A stretch of DNA of 64,000 nt from Tubiluchus corallicola (taxonomy: Eukaryota; Animalia; Priapulida), in contig JAQGDQ010000041.1 in NCBI GenBank assembly GCA_030141605.1, positions 868,001 to 932,000 of the forward strand, written 5' to 3'. Numbering within the stretch: the stretch's first letter is position 1; each line of letters starts with the position of its first letter. The notes beneath the pieces were generated by a model that had not been told where the DNA came from, did not search any database, and was given only the letters and a program-made list of their open reading frames with translations. The translations under genes were made by a program, and so were the position numbers. Below are positions 1 to 20,500 of this stretch, piece after piece.

Positions 1-945
1 GTAGTTAAATGTGTTACGAATTTATTGATGCTATGAACTCACGTAGATATCTCTAAGAAATTAAATTACTCAGTTGTGAGAGACAGCTAATCTGGAAAAG
101 GCGAACTGAACTTAATTTGACTCAGAAATTGGCATGCAACCCTCTGAGCGCATAACTGTACAGTCAGTTATGCATTAGCATGATTTTTCCTGTAATTATG
201 GGCACTGATATTATGCTGTTTCTGTAAAACCTATTATTCTAATACTGTTATTCCTATAATCTAATACAGTAATACATTTAATATCCGATTACAAGTAATT
301 GGGTAATTGGAAGGCTACTGGATAGTACAGTGGCAGAATAGTAGTATAGTGAAGATACATCTGGTTTGAATTCCAAACGTCCAATAGGTTCAAATGTCGG
401 TTGAAATGTGTAATTTCATATTTCGATTAAATTTTCTCTGAAAAAATGTGATAGAGTATTTCCATTTCGCAAGTTTATAATCTTGAACAATTTCAACGAT
501 AATCGAGAAAGTAAGAGCACGCGTACAAGGAATTCTACAATTTTTGGTTCACTCATGCAATCCTGGTAAAAATTTATAGGAAAATTGGTCTAGAAATGTA
601 CAACAAAAATATAAATATGGAAGATTCTGATATAGCGAAAATCTCTAGGGGTGTTGTTTGGATGGCTTGCAGCAAAAAGCGACTTTTTTATTGCTCTAAG
701 TTTTTTATTTTTAATGTCAGTGGATAGCAAACAAAATGAAGGACTTTTCCGGGCGCACCCATCGGTGTCTAAACGTTACAACAGGACTAACAGTTTCCAT
801 GTATTGAAAAGCTTCTCCTAAGTACATGGCAGACTAGCAAAATCCTTACTTCCAACGTTTCAAACTTTACATTTTTTATACTAGTTTAAGTACAGCTGAT
901 GGTGGGCTAAAATTTTCGTGCTGATTGAGTTTTCTTGTTTTGCAG

Positions 946-8514
<7,569 letters not shown>

Positions 8515-11500
8515 TGCGGAAACACATCGAGAACTCGCGCTATTGACCGTTTTGAACCTTTCACTAATACAATCTGTCCTACGAAGGGTTTCCTAGTTTC
8601 ACCGCCCTCATGGAACTAAAGTGATAAATTTATAATATAATGTAGGTTGCGATTTTGACCATGGATGAGCGTTCGAAAGTGATTTAAACTTGTAAATAGC
8701 CGGACTTTAAAAAACTCAGTATACCGCCAATATCGGTACAGGTAGTCAAATACAAGATGCGTCAGTAGGGAAATGTTCCCGGACTGCGTGATTTAGGGAC
8801 CCCTCATTTTTTTTCAAATAATGACATGATCCGAGGGCGGATCCATTCCTAACCCTAATACCCTCCAAATAACGTTCAACCCTAATCCTAGCTCTTTTGA
8901 GATGTTTTAGTGTGATTTAACAATAATTAAGTTGCTATATTTGCATTTAACCCAAATGTTCTGCGATTCACTAGATGGCTTTAAAATAAAATACTGCCAT
9001 TTAAAAAATTGCTAACAATTTGTGAGCAAATTGCTAACGAATAGTGACATACTTTGTTCACTTTAGAAACTGCACATTGGCTAATACTGAAGGTGGAGAA
9101 AGTACAGAAAGATAATTAACTGGTTTTAATTGTGTTATTAAATATTATGACAGTTAGGAAAATACTGAATCATTAAAGGTTTAATAAACAAAACTAGGTA
9201 TAACACCAACTTTTCTGGTGCCCAAATGTTAGCTACACATGCAAGTGATTGACAATATAAGCTGATTTGTCAAACGGTGACTTCAAAAGGTGAAAAAAAG
9301 AGTTTGCCTTGCAGCCGAAAACTTGAAAACAAGAGCAATACGTGAAAGCATCAATTGTCGGAAACATATTTCCAACAGGACAATTATTGTAAATGTATAG
9401 TAAGTCCTCGCTTAATGACTTCCCGTTTGGCGACCTTTTAGACGACTTACTGTATATGTACAAAGTTAAAGCTAGATTTATTCCACTGTAATTTGTTAAT
9501 GCTAATCACCCACTGTTCTGTACATAGTAAGAATGTACTCTTCCGTAGTTTAATTGTATAATGAATAACTTTAAAGCCAAGTGAATCGCTACTGTAACTG
9601 CTAAATGCATGTGATGTTCTAAAAGTATAGGCAGCAAATAGATCCCTGGGAAAAACCTGTGTGGTGCGTAAAATACTGTAATAAATAGACACTAAAAATT
9701 ATTATCGTAAAATCAATGTGACGCCTAGTCTTTATTTTGTATTATCACTGTAATTCAGTATATACTCGCTGGGGTTCAGTTATAATTTTCGTTTGTCAGG
9801 ATTGTTTTAACCAGTCGCGTGTCTTTAACTGACCATAAAGCATTTGTGGTGTGTTGGCGAACTAACTAAGGCACTATAGGTACTGGCACACTCTCCGAAA
9901 ACCAGTATTCTAATTATACTGAAGATTGAAATAGAAATAAACGTTTTAACTATAAAAGTAATATCTTACTGATTATTATTGAATATATATAAAAGTAATA
10001 ATATACAAACAATACATTCTACAAAGTATTAATACAAAACATAATATCCCCAGAGTTCTGTAGTGATGCAGTTTCTGCGTTGGGAGCTCCTGGATCTTCC
10101 TATGTGGTCCTTTGCACCTTCCTTCCGCTTAGCAGGTAATCTTCGTTCGCCTGGGTGTTGAGCGACAAACGAAAAACTGACCAATGTCCAGTGTCCTTGA
10201 CCATTTCATCAGAGGTCACCGGTTACCATACCACTAACACCACTGCCAGTTCCCCAACCTCAGGAGTCTACCCACCAAGTTTGGTGACTCTAGGTTTGGA
10301 GTTATTCACCGTCATAGCGGAGAAGTAATAATGTGAAGTTGTGGATCAATAGCTAAAATTGATTACAAAAATTGATATGATATACATCAAAGTACTTTAT
10401 ATAATAAATAATAAACTAAAGAAAGATCAAAAGCAATAAATAAAAATAAATTATGAATAACATAGAGCAATCAAATTTCTAGCATTCCTAAAGCAACCAC
10501 ATGTTTTAACACGATAAGAAAAACAAAAAGCTAACACTGATTACACCTTGTTGAACCTTTTCGATGTCAACTCAACTACTCAAAGAGTTGTGGCTTTTTA
10601 ATATCCAGTTATAATTTTGTATTGCACAATGTATAGTTGTTAATTGTTTTTAATACTGTTTCTTTGTTTTATGTAGGTTTTCTGGGTACAATCTATACAT
10701 CTATGACATCAATGCAAGAAACGTTTGGCAACAACTCCAGTTCGTAGGGAAGAAGAAATCAGCACTTTGACAGCAGACTCTAACCAAATTATTTTCAACT
10801 CTCATTATGTTTTCTTTATAATTTTTCATTTAAAATGTTGGTACAGATACCTACTACTTTTAGGTCATTTTTCTTTTTTCATTGCTAAATTATACAATTT
10901 TTATATAACCGTGATTTTAGTATCAGTATGCCACATTTTAATGTTTGTCTATGAAAATAACTTTACGCACAACCTATTATGACTTTATTTCGGTTTATGT
11001 AGTATTTAACGTGTATTGCTTTGCCAATGTACATTGTATGTGTTTGTGCAAATAAAACTGAATTGAAATTGAAAATTGTAAGTGTAAATTAGGAAAAGAG
11101 TAAAACAGCGCGATTACGAAATCTTTCCTAAACATTTAGATATAAACTGAGAAAATTAGTATTTTCCTGCTTTGAGTTTTCTTGGTGTTTTGCCTAAACT
11201 GTCTTAACTCTAGCTCAAGGTTCGACTAACTAACTGATGCAGTCTACTGGGGAGCCTATATAGCTAATCTACAATAACTGACTAAGCAACAGAAGCTAGG
11301 TGGAACCTGAATCTGTCTGTATTGGGAAAAAAAGCTGATTTCAAGCTAACAGCTGCTCACATCAAAAGCCGTCAGTCCTAGGCTAAAGCGCCTACGGACA
11401 CTCGTTCCCTACTACCGATTCCTTACGTAGCGGGACTCTTGCATTTCTCCAGGACCAATTCTACCAGTTTACCGAAATTACCTACAATTATTGTTTAAGG

Positions 11501-11909
11501 AAATTTGTGTTATTGCAATGATTGTTAATATTAATCTAACTTATACTTGCTATTATTATTATTATTGATTTTAATAAACTACATTAGTATTGTTGCAGTT
11601 CAGAAGGAATCCTGAGTTGTGTTTTCCTTCTTCTTGCAGGTTTTTTGCTTTCTCAAGTATAGCCCATTGGCCATTATTTTGCGCAATACCATCGCAGTTC
11701 TGTCATGTGAACCCCTAGCCACCACACCACTATAATAAAGACTAGTAATAAATAGTTGATTTCTAAGAAGATTCTGCTACATGCAGAATATTAATAAGAA
11801 ATACATAAACGGTTACGTTTCAAGAAGATTCTGCTTTTATTAACCATACGTATTTTCCAAATTTCATGCTCACAGTAACGTACTCATCGAGCTAGACATC
11901 GTGCCAGAG

Positions 11910-13232
11910 CTTTTTTTTCAAAATCTCATTCCACCTATTGTAGGCATTGAGGTATCAACGTTTATCAGAGCATTCCACCTATCTACTTCTACCTGCAGCT
12001 GACAGTATAAGTTCTTCCATCCCTAAAGGTAGATTTGGCTGAAGTTGTTGAACATCTTTATTTATCTTAGCTATGCAAGTTGTTTTAGGTTTGCCAAGTG
12101 GTTTTTTGCAAAGTTTTAAGGCTTCCTTTAAAGGCGATTCTTAGTGGTGCTTCATTTGGTAATCTTAGAAGGTCCTAGCCATCTTAATGTTCAGATCTTG
12201 ACTTTTGAACTCTAATAAATTTCTTTTGTTCCGAGTGTATAAACCTTCATTTTTGATTATGTATGGCCATCTTATCTTTAAAACTTTCCTAAGAAGACTT
12301 CTCTGAAATGTGCCATTCTGCTTTTCTTGAGTAATCGTTAAACCTCAAGTTGCGCTGTTGTACATAAATATGCTGGTAACGTAAGCATTAAATAACCAAA
12401 GTCTTACGTTAAGACTTAATTTCTTGCTAGTTTATACATTCTTGTAGTGAAGAAAAGCATGCATTGCTTGTTGCTTTCTGCTTTTAATATCATCTTCGGT
12501 GCTTAGAAAAGTACCCATGTACTTGCACTTTTTCCAAGACTGATTACCAATCTTGCAATAATATATTCTTCTGTTTTTGACTGGTTTATTTGAATATTTC
12601 TTTTCTCTAGCTTTTTGGAAAATCCCTTTTTATTGTGTTAGTTTGAAAATTTGATACACTAATCCATCCAATATTTTTTGCATATTGTTGATAAATAAGG
12701 AGTGGTTCATAGGATTCCAATGCAGGATAGGAGTGATCCAGAATATGTTGGTTGAGGAAGGATATCACAAACAGTGGTATCGTAATCATGATCATCATTT
12801 GGATGAGTTTGGATCTTAAGTGCATTTGCTGGGTAGAGCGTGAAAAGTATTGCACTAAAACAGTCCCCGTGGGGGACTCCAATATTCATGCTAGAAATTA
12901 CAAAGTGCTTCCTAAGGTGTTCCCAACTTTTACAGCAAGATTAACATCCGTTAGTAGAATTATAATAATGTGCATTTCATCTGGTTGTAGTAAGGCTTGT
13001 AGGTCATCAAACAGAATTTATCTCTCTACAGTATCAAATGCCTTGTTCATATCAAGTAACAAGATCATGATTTGATAAAAGTGGATGTGATTGGTTTTTG
13101 TGCTAGTATTTTTGCTGACATTAATAATTCAGTAGTGCTATGTCCCTTCCTATATGCAGCTTGACTTCGTGGAATATTGCCATTTAATCTTTCATGTATG
13201 TGTCTGATCATGCACATAGCAAGGATTTTCCA
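11910..13232 (-). mobile_element. Decayed 5'-truncated non-LTR retrotransposon (RTE-like) reverse transcriptase
   Basis: Minus-strand fragments with frameshifts/stops: PRSQAAYRKGHSTTE, LLDMNKAFDTVER, NIGVPHGDCFSAILFTLY, YAKNI (decayed YADD), CKYMGTFL, FQRSLLRKVLKIRWP, GKPKTT. Confidence 0.9.
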
Positions 13233-13555
13233 TCATCAGTTTCAACTAATAACCCGTCTTTGGGCTTACTTCTATTGATAGCGCTAGGCTACTATATATT
13301 TACTGCGTTACACATACAGGGACTCTACATCGCGCTGAATTGCCGCGCCATCTAGTAAGAAAATTGCAAACATTATGTTCCCAAAACAAAACTAGTAGGA
13401 CAATTTACATATCTGTGCAGCAAAGTTTTGTATTTAGCTAAATCATTAATTATTTATTAACATAAAGCAATATTAAATAAATATCTACCGCGAAATTAAA
13501 AATTGTTTGGCAAAATAGTTTATAAGGAGTTATCCATCCAATTACAATACACTTA

Positions 13556-13628
13556 GACCGCGTGGCCTAATGGATAAGGCGTCTGACTTCGGATCAGAAG
13601 ATTGAGGGTTCGAGTCCCTTCGTGGTCG
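13556..13628 (+). tRNA. tRNA-Arg(TCG): tRNA-Arg (anticodon TCG), intronless
   Basis: GACCGCG/CGTGGTC acceptor stem, D arm with A box TGGCCTAATGG, anticodon arm TCTGA-CTTCGGA-TCAGA, T arm GAGGG-TTCGAGT-CCCTT, discriminator G, 73 nt. Confidence 0.99.
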
Positions 13629-13631
13629 TAC

Positions 13632-13639
13632 TTTTTTTT
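13632..13639 (+). terminator. RNA polymerase III terminator (T8)
   Basis: T-run 3 nt after the tRNA 3' end. Confidence 0.9.
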
Positions 13640-14499
13640 CTCATTTTCGCTTAACCCGCCCAGTCTGAGGCTGTAATACACGTTCTCACAAACACTCGCT
13701 CGCATGATGTAGCTACAGCATATAATGAAAGGTTAAAACATGGACAGCTCCTGTGTTGTCCATACACATTTTAACACCAATAATACCAGAAAGGCATTGT
13801 AGTAAAATAATAGATAAAACTCTTAATAAACAGGGGAGAGCCCAACTATAGGTGACATCACAAACGAACATAATTTTCAACATCAAAAATATTCATCAAA
13901 TTTACCACTGCGCTCACACCAGCTGTCGAACATGTGCAATACATCAAAAATGAACAGACTGAACTGAGAGGTACAGCACCTGTTTTCTTGTGCAACACGT
14001 TCTCGAAATGCAAGGCTTGTGCTCGTCTAACTAGAAAATGGCGAAATACATGTAACATTGTTACAGCAACAGCAAAGAACCAGCAGCGCGAATGCGAAAT
14101 TGCGTTTATGTGATAATAATTCTTTCACGCATGGCATTCTGGAAAAAAAGTACATCTCCTTTCAATATTTTAAAGAGTAGATTATTTTCACTTACAGTTT
14201 AAGACTTACTGGTTTTGTTTTAAATGTCAGTAGAAGAGCAAAGTTTTAAAAATGGCAGAAAGACAACAGGTTGTAAATAATGCAAGTTTTATTATATTCA
14301 TTATTTCTTTGCTTCAGTAATTTATTTTTTGAAATATTGGTAGCATTTGAGATTTGTTTCAATTGACAAGATTGTTTAAGTATCATTATTTATTACTATA
14401 TTGGTATTAATATTACTGTTATTAATAAGTTAATAATTAATATATTATACAGTAGGCCTACTGGTACTTTTTTAGTAGTAGCATATAGCAGTTACCAGT

Positions 14500-15738
14500 G
14501 GTATGCGGAAAGATGGCACGGTTAAAAAACAACACGGTAAAAATGGCATAGGAAAAAATGGCACGGTAAAAATGGCACAGGAAAAATGACTCAAATGGAA
14601 AAGTAAGTAAAACTGACACAGAAAAAAATGGCACGGTAAAAATGACACAGGAAAAATGGCACAGGTAAAAATGGCATAAGAAAAAATTGCACAGGTGGAA
14701 AATTAGGAAAAAGTGGTACATGACACATGTTATTCTGATGCAGTTGATTTCTATAATAAAACTAGAAAGTGCTCAGCAAGAAGCAGACCTCTGCCAAAGC
14801 TGAACAATCCTAATCTTATTCGTCTGACTTTTTTGATTCAAAACATTTAATACAAAGATAAACAAGCAAACATGCAAAATGTATGTTTATTGGTATTATT
14901 CAGATTAGCAAAAGACTCGCAAAATATTTGTTCAATAAACGGATTTATAGTCAACAATACACGAATGTTCCACTTAGTGTTTACCATTAAATTTAGCGGA
15001 GTTAATAGACTGACAAATATATGCGTACCAAATCGCCTTATAGGGCTATATGCATTAACAAACAAAGGCTATAGACAGCGTTACACAGTTTTACAAGTGA
15101 CATTTTCTCAAAATGTAACCTGGAACTAACTCATAGTTGGGTGTCCTGGTGGATGTAAGTAAAAAGGAAGTACAAAACACTCCTTCTAAGACGAGATCTT
15201 CACCTTCTAAGACAAGACTCTATGAAGTGCTTCACGAACGTTTTTGTACGTGGTGTTCGGTTTTGTGAAAAAAGATTCCCATTTTGGCATCTATACCCTT
15301 CACAAAGTTTCTCTGAAATCTGTTAGATAGTTTTGGGGTAACGGGTAGAAAAAAAAACAAAATAAATAAACTGTGTTGAAGCATAACTTCCTTGGCAGAG
15401 GCAACAATAGCTAAAATAACTATCCCCCACTTAACCCTAATCCTAAGCACACATTTTACTAAGTGTGCCATTCTTTCCTGTGCCATTTTTACCTCCTTTT
15501 CCATTTGTGCCATTTTTACCATGCCATTTTTTCCTGTGCCATTTTTACTTATGTTATTCTTACCTGTGCCATTTTTACTTACTTTTTCATTAGTGCCATT
15601 TTTTCCTGTACCAGTTTTACCTACTTTTTCATTTGTGCCATTTTTGCCGTGCCATTCCTTCCTGTGCCATTTTTACCTACTTTTCCATTCATGCCATTTT
15701 TTCCTGTGCAATTTTTATCCTGTGCAATATAGCATGCC
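14500..15738. mobile_element. Composite non-autonomous element, copy 2 (long foldback arms of ~15-bp AAAAATGGCACAGG modules around a Helentron-type insert)
   Basis: Left arm 14500-14720 and inverted right arm 15464-15738; termini GGTATGC / GCATGCC; interior homologous to copy 1. No clear TSD. Confidence 0.85.
14760..15404 (-). mobile_element. Helentron-associated (HINE/DINE-1-like) element nested in composite copy 2
   Basis: Subterminal inverted repeats CCTCTGCCAA (14788-14797) / TTGGCAGAGG (15392-15401); minus-strand 3' end ...GAGCACTTTCTAGTT. Confidence 0.65.
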
Positions 15739-17587
15739 GCATTTATACATGTAGCCATGTTTTAGTAACAATAAAACATTAGGAAACTTTTGAGCACACA
15801 GCAGGCTTTTAGTTAATTTTGAATGGGGTGAGCTGTTTACGTGGCTCTCACATGCTTTGATCCACCGGTGATACTTGTCTACGTGTTTTTATTGGACGGG
15901 AGAAACTAACAAGTCATACTTCTTCTAACCTTTCTGGAACATCCACATTACATGTGCTCCAAGCACACCACCATTCTATACTCTCTTTCACTGCTATTTA
16001 ATGAATTTAATAAGTGAAACAATCATGAACACACACTTTCCCTGTATATTATTATGCACTTCATATGCAAATACCACTGAGCTTGGGAGTAAGTCCAAGC
16101 ATCAGCGATGGATAAGCCAAAATACAGCGGGTCTGATTGGCCATTGCGAGGTGGCCCCCTTCTGGTAAAAGACAGTCATGCGTTTTTAGTACAATCTAAA
16201 AAAGAGGAAACGCTCTGGATTGAACTTTGCGTTTACACTACAGAATGTCCCATGACTCTCATCTGGTTGTCCGCACCATCCTGCATATCACACATGGGCC
16301 AGCTACACCTTACGGGAAATGCAAAGTAGCTTGGCAAGCATTCGATACAAAGCATAATTCACAAAAATGCTAATTTCAGCACTTTATACTCCATGCTCAT
16401 CTTTCACAGCACCAGACTTTCTACAGAACCCAATTTGCATATTTTATCAACACTGAGAGAACACGTATATATAATTCTAAAGTCATAGTGAAAAAAGCTG
16501 CACAGAAGAACCAGATGATATCAAAATCAATTCCTCTGGTGGATTATATTAATAAACGACATTTGTCAAATGACGAAAAGTAAATGACATTTATAAAATG
16601 ATGAAAATATGTTAAAGTTTCTTACAATCTCACAAGTGGATCCCATTCGGCGAATAGCAGTAGCATAGTCCTAGGAAAAGAATGGTCGAAGCTTAGCCAG
16701 CATTGCAAAGCATTCTGCAAGAATAAGTTATTCGCCTAACTTGTGTAAAGCCATCTTAGTCAAATATGACAGGTGATGTAACATTACACCAGCAAGGAAA
16801 CTGCCAGATCACAGATGATCTGCAAGATGCAAGAAACCTAGTGGTTTTCTTGTCCAAGTTTAGTCAAAATTTCAAAATTAACTTACAAAATCACCTTCCC
16901 TTAAGTATTAGTCTGCTTAATCTTTGATGGGTTACCAAATGCATTTTATCTCTGCACTATGAGCCTTTTATAATGTGGCTGTTTTACCAAAACATAGCAC
17001 GACATCCTGTTTTTCAAATTCGGTCTAATAATTATGAAACAAACTGAATTCAGTAACTGCTGTTAAAATAAAAAAACCTACATAACACATAATTAAAATG
17101 AAAATGCTTATAACTGTAAGTACGAACTTTAGACAAAACAGACACGATACTTTAAGAACAGCATACTATTTTTAAAGACTGACATTAAGAGACATTATTA
17201 TTTTATTAACCCACTGTTGGTGATAGTGACAATGGTTCAGCAGAGGCAGTAATTCTTCCATGAAATCTTAAAATTTTTACTTACAAACATATTATTTCCC
17301 TAAAATATCAAATTGCTACTTAACATCAATCTAGTTAACTTAGCCCACCAAATGTTTAAATGCTCAGAAAAACAAAACAAAGAGTGAATTTTCATGTAAA
17401 ATCATAAATTATTTACAAATCAATCACATTACTTACAAGTAACAAAATTTAAAAGCATCAAAATGTCAACAAATGATAATAATAATTTATTACAACAAAA
17501 CAATTATTAGTCGCTGATGCTACTTCTAGCAAGAAAACTTTAAAGAAATACCCTGATATGATACAATGCTTAATCAACACAATGAGG

Positions 17588-20500
17588 TCATGTCTGCTTA
17601 TCATCAGAAATGAGTTGCTCAACCGTTGCTCCAAAATCATCAAGTTGTTCAAGCAGTTTCTGAAAACACGTGTAAATACTTTCAACAAAAGCAGAAGTGA
17701 ACTAAAGGAACATACTCAGTATTCACACAAATAACCAGAGTGCATTTTCTGTTAGCTTTAAATGTCAGCAAACAGATTCTCTTAGCTTCAGATGTCAATT
17801 ACAAATTCCCTTGGCTTCAAATATGGATATGAAAAACCACATTCTTGAATTGAACAAGCAATTCATTTACTTGCAGAATTCTAGTTAAGTTTTTATGTGT
17901 AACTGAATATGTGACGTATCAAGGTCAGATCGTTTTCTACTTGATTAGGCTTTCCTTTAAAATTCTCGAGTTTGTTTACTATTTGTATAAGTGGTAGTAG
18001 AAAGGCATATAAATCAAGTTCAACAGTCACAACCCAAATTTTTGTTTCTATCAGTGTGCCTACCTGTCACAACCCAAATTTCTGTTTCTATCAGTGTACT
18101 TACCTGTACACGACACACCAAGCTGCGTTTTCTTGCTCGAGCAGTTCTAAAATGTTCGTCAAAGGTGATACCATCTAAATGCTCCAAAGTTTTCATAAAG
18201 TCTTCTGTAAATGCCGCAATTCTTTTTGACAATTTCTGACAAGCTTCATGCTTCTGAGTTCCAGTTAACCATCCCTAATTTAGAATTTAAAGAAAATTAA
18301 AAACCTAAGTATTAACTTCAACCTGGACTTAATCCACATAGCATTTTCACAACACCATTGTCTATACATTTTTAGGAAAATGAAAGTGGTAATAACTTAA
18401 ATGTGATGGCAGTGGCATGCAGTGGGTTGTGGAACAATGCATGTAACCAGCTAGGGGGTCTGGGGGAGCGCTGTAAGCCCCAGCCACCAATGCCTTTTCC
18501 TGTATTTAAGGGTATTTTTGAGGCCTCAAATGAGATCTAATTCTGGTACACAGACTTCCTCAAATGTGAAAAATGTACTTATAATAAGTGAATTTTTAGG
18601 CAAATTTATCTATAACGTTTGTAATTAATGTAGAGAATAGATTATAGCGACTTGAAATTCAGCGGCCCTATGGATGAACCAACAAATTGTAGGCCTCATT
18701 TCATTTCTGTTGTCCAGGGCCTACCTAAAATACTTGAGAAAGTATTGTACAACCAAGTTTTAACCTACTTGAAAACCATTATTTTACCGAAACAACAATT
18801 TCAGATACAGATAAAACATTGTTGATGTGGTATTATCTTGTTATAAACAGAAAACTAGAAATAAGCAGAGATAGGTAACTGTTGGCCAACAGCAGCTGAA
18901 ATGTTGGTCAATCTTACATGAAAGCCTGGTGCACCTCATTCATTCAAATGAATGACACTTCGGCAGGACATGCCAATTACAGCAAAATCATAATAACAAG
19001 AATAGTTTCTTTACATTTCAGACATATAAGCGATCTCTAAACTAAATTCACTTAAAAGTGGTGTACGCACAGTGAAAGAAAACATCCAGGAACAGAGCCG
19101 ATAACAATATCTAATGCATTTAAATAAATTCATTTTACTTAACATCAGCATTAAAATAAATACAATTTTTATTCACTATCCTCATAGAAAAATGTTTATA
19201 AATGCAGAACTGTTCACTTGTTAATAAATTGCCTGGCTGACTATTTTAAATTCTGCACACAGCAATCTGTTCATATAAATTCACTGACTTACAGTCACAG
19301 AAAGCCAATAAGTCATACCTTGTTTTAAAACTAACCCTTATATCCTAGTTAATTAAAAATATGTTAATATAGAAACGATGTAAAAGAAATGCTTACCATA
19401 CATACACTTCTCGCACAATGAAGTCCAACTACTGCACTAAAACTACACTAAAGTCCTATGATCATGATAACTATAGCAACTAAAGCAATAAAAATACTGA
19501 TGTGCTGAAAACTGAAATGAGGGCTAAGAAAAGTCTAAACACTAAAGTAATTTATAAAAACAGGTAAACACCATTGCACAGTTATTATCTAGCACTCTAT
19601 AGCAGCTACAGAACTATATCAAATACAGTACCCGTACATATTAAACAATGGCTCAAACAAACCTCGTGATGCATTCATGCGTAGCTGGGCAGCAAAAACC
19701 TAAGTTGAAAACCTATTTCTCTCGCGGATAAACTTGGGATAAAAAACCATGTTGCCGCTAATTGTGATTGAACGATTTTCAATTACGCCTTTCAAGCTCC
19801 CTTTCTAAATTGTAATGAGTGTGCTTCACATTGCAAAATAACTTGAATGCATACAGCTCTGTTGCTTGTGTAGTGTGATGGTTCTGCAAAACCTACAGCT
19901 TACTGACATTATAATACAATACAAGCATAATAAATATTAGCAATAATAATTAGTTTTTAGAAATATTTAGAAGTGTTTTTTACATCATAATTATTTTTGG
20001 GAAATTAGAAGACACGCAGCTGTGTGATGGAGTTATGCAGGAAGATAATTATGACAATCATTCAAAGTATGAAGCTTCTGCTGTACAACCAAATATTTTT
20101 CAAACATTAACATATCTGCAAATTACTCATAGACACAAATCTTCAGCAGCAGCCATAAAAGCCTTAATGATTGCAAATATGTATAATTAAGTCTCTATAT
20201 ATTTGTGAACGGGCAACGAACCATTAGGGTTTAGGTCATGCTTGTTGCTCATACCAATACGCTACCTACTCAGTGTAAAAAATAGCCACAAAACATCCAC
20301 ACTGGACAATGCTCTATTGGTGATATAAAAAAGCAAGTATGAGGTAATCATTCAAGGTCATTTGCCTAAAGTAAATCACTCCATTCATGACATCGAAATT
20401 GGCTCATTATTTAGATTCAAGTCTATACAAGCATACCTATTCATCGATCACCAGTCAGAATTAATTACTGCTATTTGTTAACTTATCAGAAATCACTACA

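Noticed and set aside
330-375. A/B-box-like motifs (tRNA-SINE head)
   Set aside because: Too degenerate; no cloverleaf or tail.
13556-13628. Functional link between tRNA-Arg(UCG) and the BAG1 UGA
   Set aside because: The anticodon is a normal UCG, not a suppressor; tRNAs act in trans, so proximity gives no support.
14458-15754. Several Phe/Cys/His-rich ORFs
   Set aside because: Translations of the 15-bp foldback modules.
16230-16320. Possible LINE CCHC zinc-knuckle remnant on the minus strand
   Set aside because: Needs several frameshifts and has no flanking RT similarity.
17220-17587. SECIS element that would make the BAG1 leader UGA a selenocysteine
   Set aside because: No AUGA-AA-GA hairpin seen by eye in the minus-strand 3' UTR and a poly(A) signal lies about 100 nt after the stop; SECISearch not run.
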